Shown here in pieces: positions 62,927-64,000 of a DNA stretch of 64,000 nucleotides. The stretch covers positions 186,001-250,000 of the forward strand of contig NOWV01000026.1 of the NCBI GenBank assembly GCA_003344405.1, given 5' to 3'. Made by a program: the position numbers and the translations under genes. Below the pieces are notes generated by a model, which searched no databases, was not told the DNA's origin, and saw only the letters and a program-made list of their open reading frames with translations. The DNA is from Trichoplax sp. H2 (Eukaryota). The first letter of the stretch is position 1, and each line of letters starts with the position of its first letter.

Positions 62927-64000
62927 TATTTTTTTCATATTAGTCATTTATGCTATTTGAAATATACAGTGGGTTTCTCTGATTTCTTTTCTTCATCAAA
63001 CTAGATTTGATTATAAGTTACAGCTGCTTTGATCATAACAATGCTGGAATAGCTGCAATCGGTATCTATGTATGCTGTTAATTAAACATACGGTAAGCAG
63101 TAGTAACGCTATGATGATATTAAATTACAGACGGAGTCGATATTAGCATTATAGAATAACATCAGAGGAGCTTATGCTACACATGTGAGCGTAAAATTTA
63201 AGTCTTAATTTGTACCTATATATAATAAGTATTTCTAAAATTTTATTAAGCAACATAATCGTTCTAAATCAGTAATCTTTTTACTGTAGATAAATAGATT
63301 TAAAATTTAGAAATTGTCGAGAGAGAAATACGAGTATTTATGCTAATAGTAGACTCCTATTAATAATTAATTAATATGTCATGTTACTGTAATATCGCTC
63401 GCTATTCACTTTTAGCCAAATTTTTAATTATATTTTGAATATATTAAATAAATATAAATATTTGTACTTATAGCAATTAATCTGATCTTTAAGAAGGTTT
63501 CAAACGTTTTCACCTTTGCTGAAGTTATGCACTGTATTGAATAAGTATTCGGAAAATTTATTAGCCATAAAAATATTCATAAACTACATTATAAGTATCT
63601 TGTATCTATTAAATCATATATTTTGTTTACAATCATTAAAATACCGTTTGCGTCTGTAATCAGTTCTCTACGTATTTATACTTTTAAACTACGAATATTA
63701 CTTGTTGGTATGATTACAAACTAAGTTTACAAAAGATAGTACTTTATTGAGTGCAATAATAAAACTGAACTGAAGATGAACTAAACTATCTGAGAAATTT
63801 AATCTTTTAGCATGATCCTAATTTAGACCTCATAACTCGTAATAGTCATGTTAGACACTGAGAAGTAATGTAGACTACAATACAGTAATATTAGCATCAT
63901 CCCTATGATGACAGCTATTAGCAACAATATTTTGTTATGATATTAATTCGCGATATGCAGTACTAATCCTATAAATGGCATTTAATACATTGGTCGCTTG

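Overview
AT-rich, compact, intron-rich animal genomic DNA with mostly short (about 70-130 nt) GT-AG introns. The style is consistent with a placozoan such as Trichoplax, which is an inference. I assembled these genes by hand from exons: the 5' part of synergin-gamma-like (-), GPSM1/2 (Pins/LGN; +), ER alpha-1,2-mannosidase MAN1B1 (-), a divergent synaptotagmin (+), a TRMT10B-like tRNA methyltransferase (-), a DUS1L-like gene (-), ACTR5 (-), GNL1 (+), XPR1 (-), an intronless ANK-ARM-TIR-SAM gene (+), STX6 (-) and ZZZ3 (+). There is also a 20-N gap flanked by a duplicated segment, a MITE-like inverted repeat and TACAG/CTGTA-rich patches at divergent promoters. The best candidate for a new system is the DUS1-like domain: it has lost its catalytic Cys and FMN motifs and appears to splice in frame, through a linker exon, into an intact TRMT10B domain, giving a putative pseudo-DUS::TRMT10 fusion. 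Other highlights are the ARM-TIR-SAM protein with Gln at the TIR catalytic Glu position, a U12-type AT-AC intron in STX6, five GoLoco motifs in GPSM, and linkage of genes whose human orthologues lie in the MHC paralogon.
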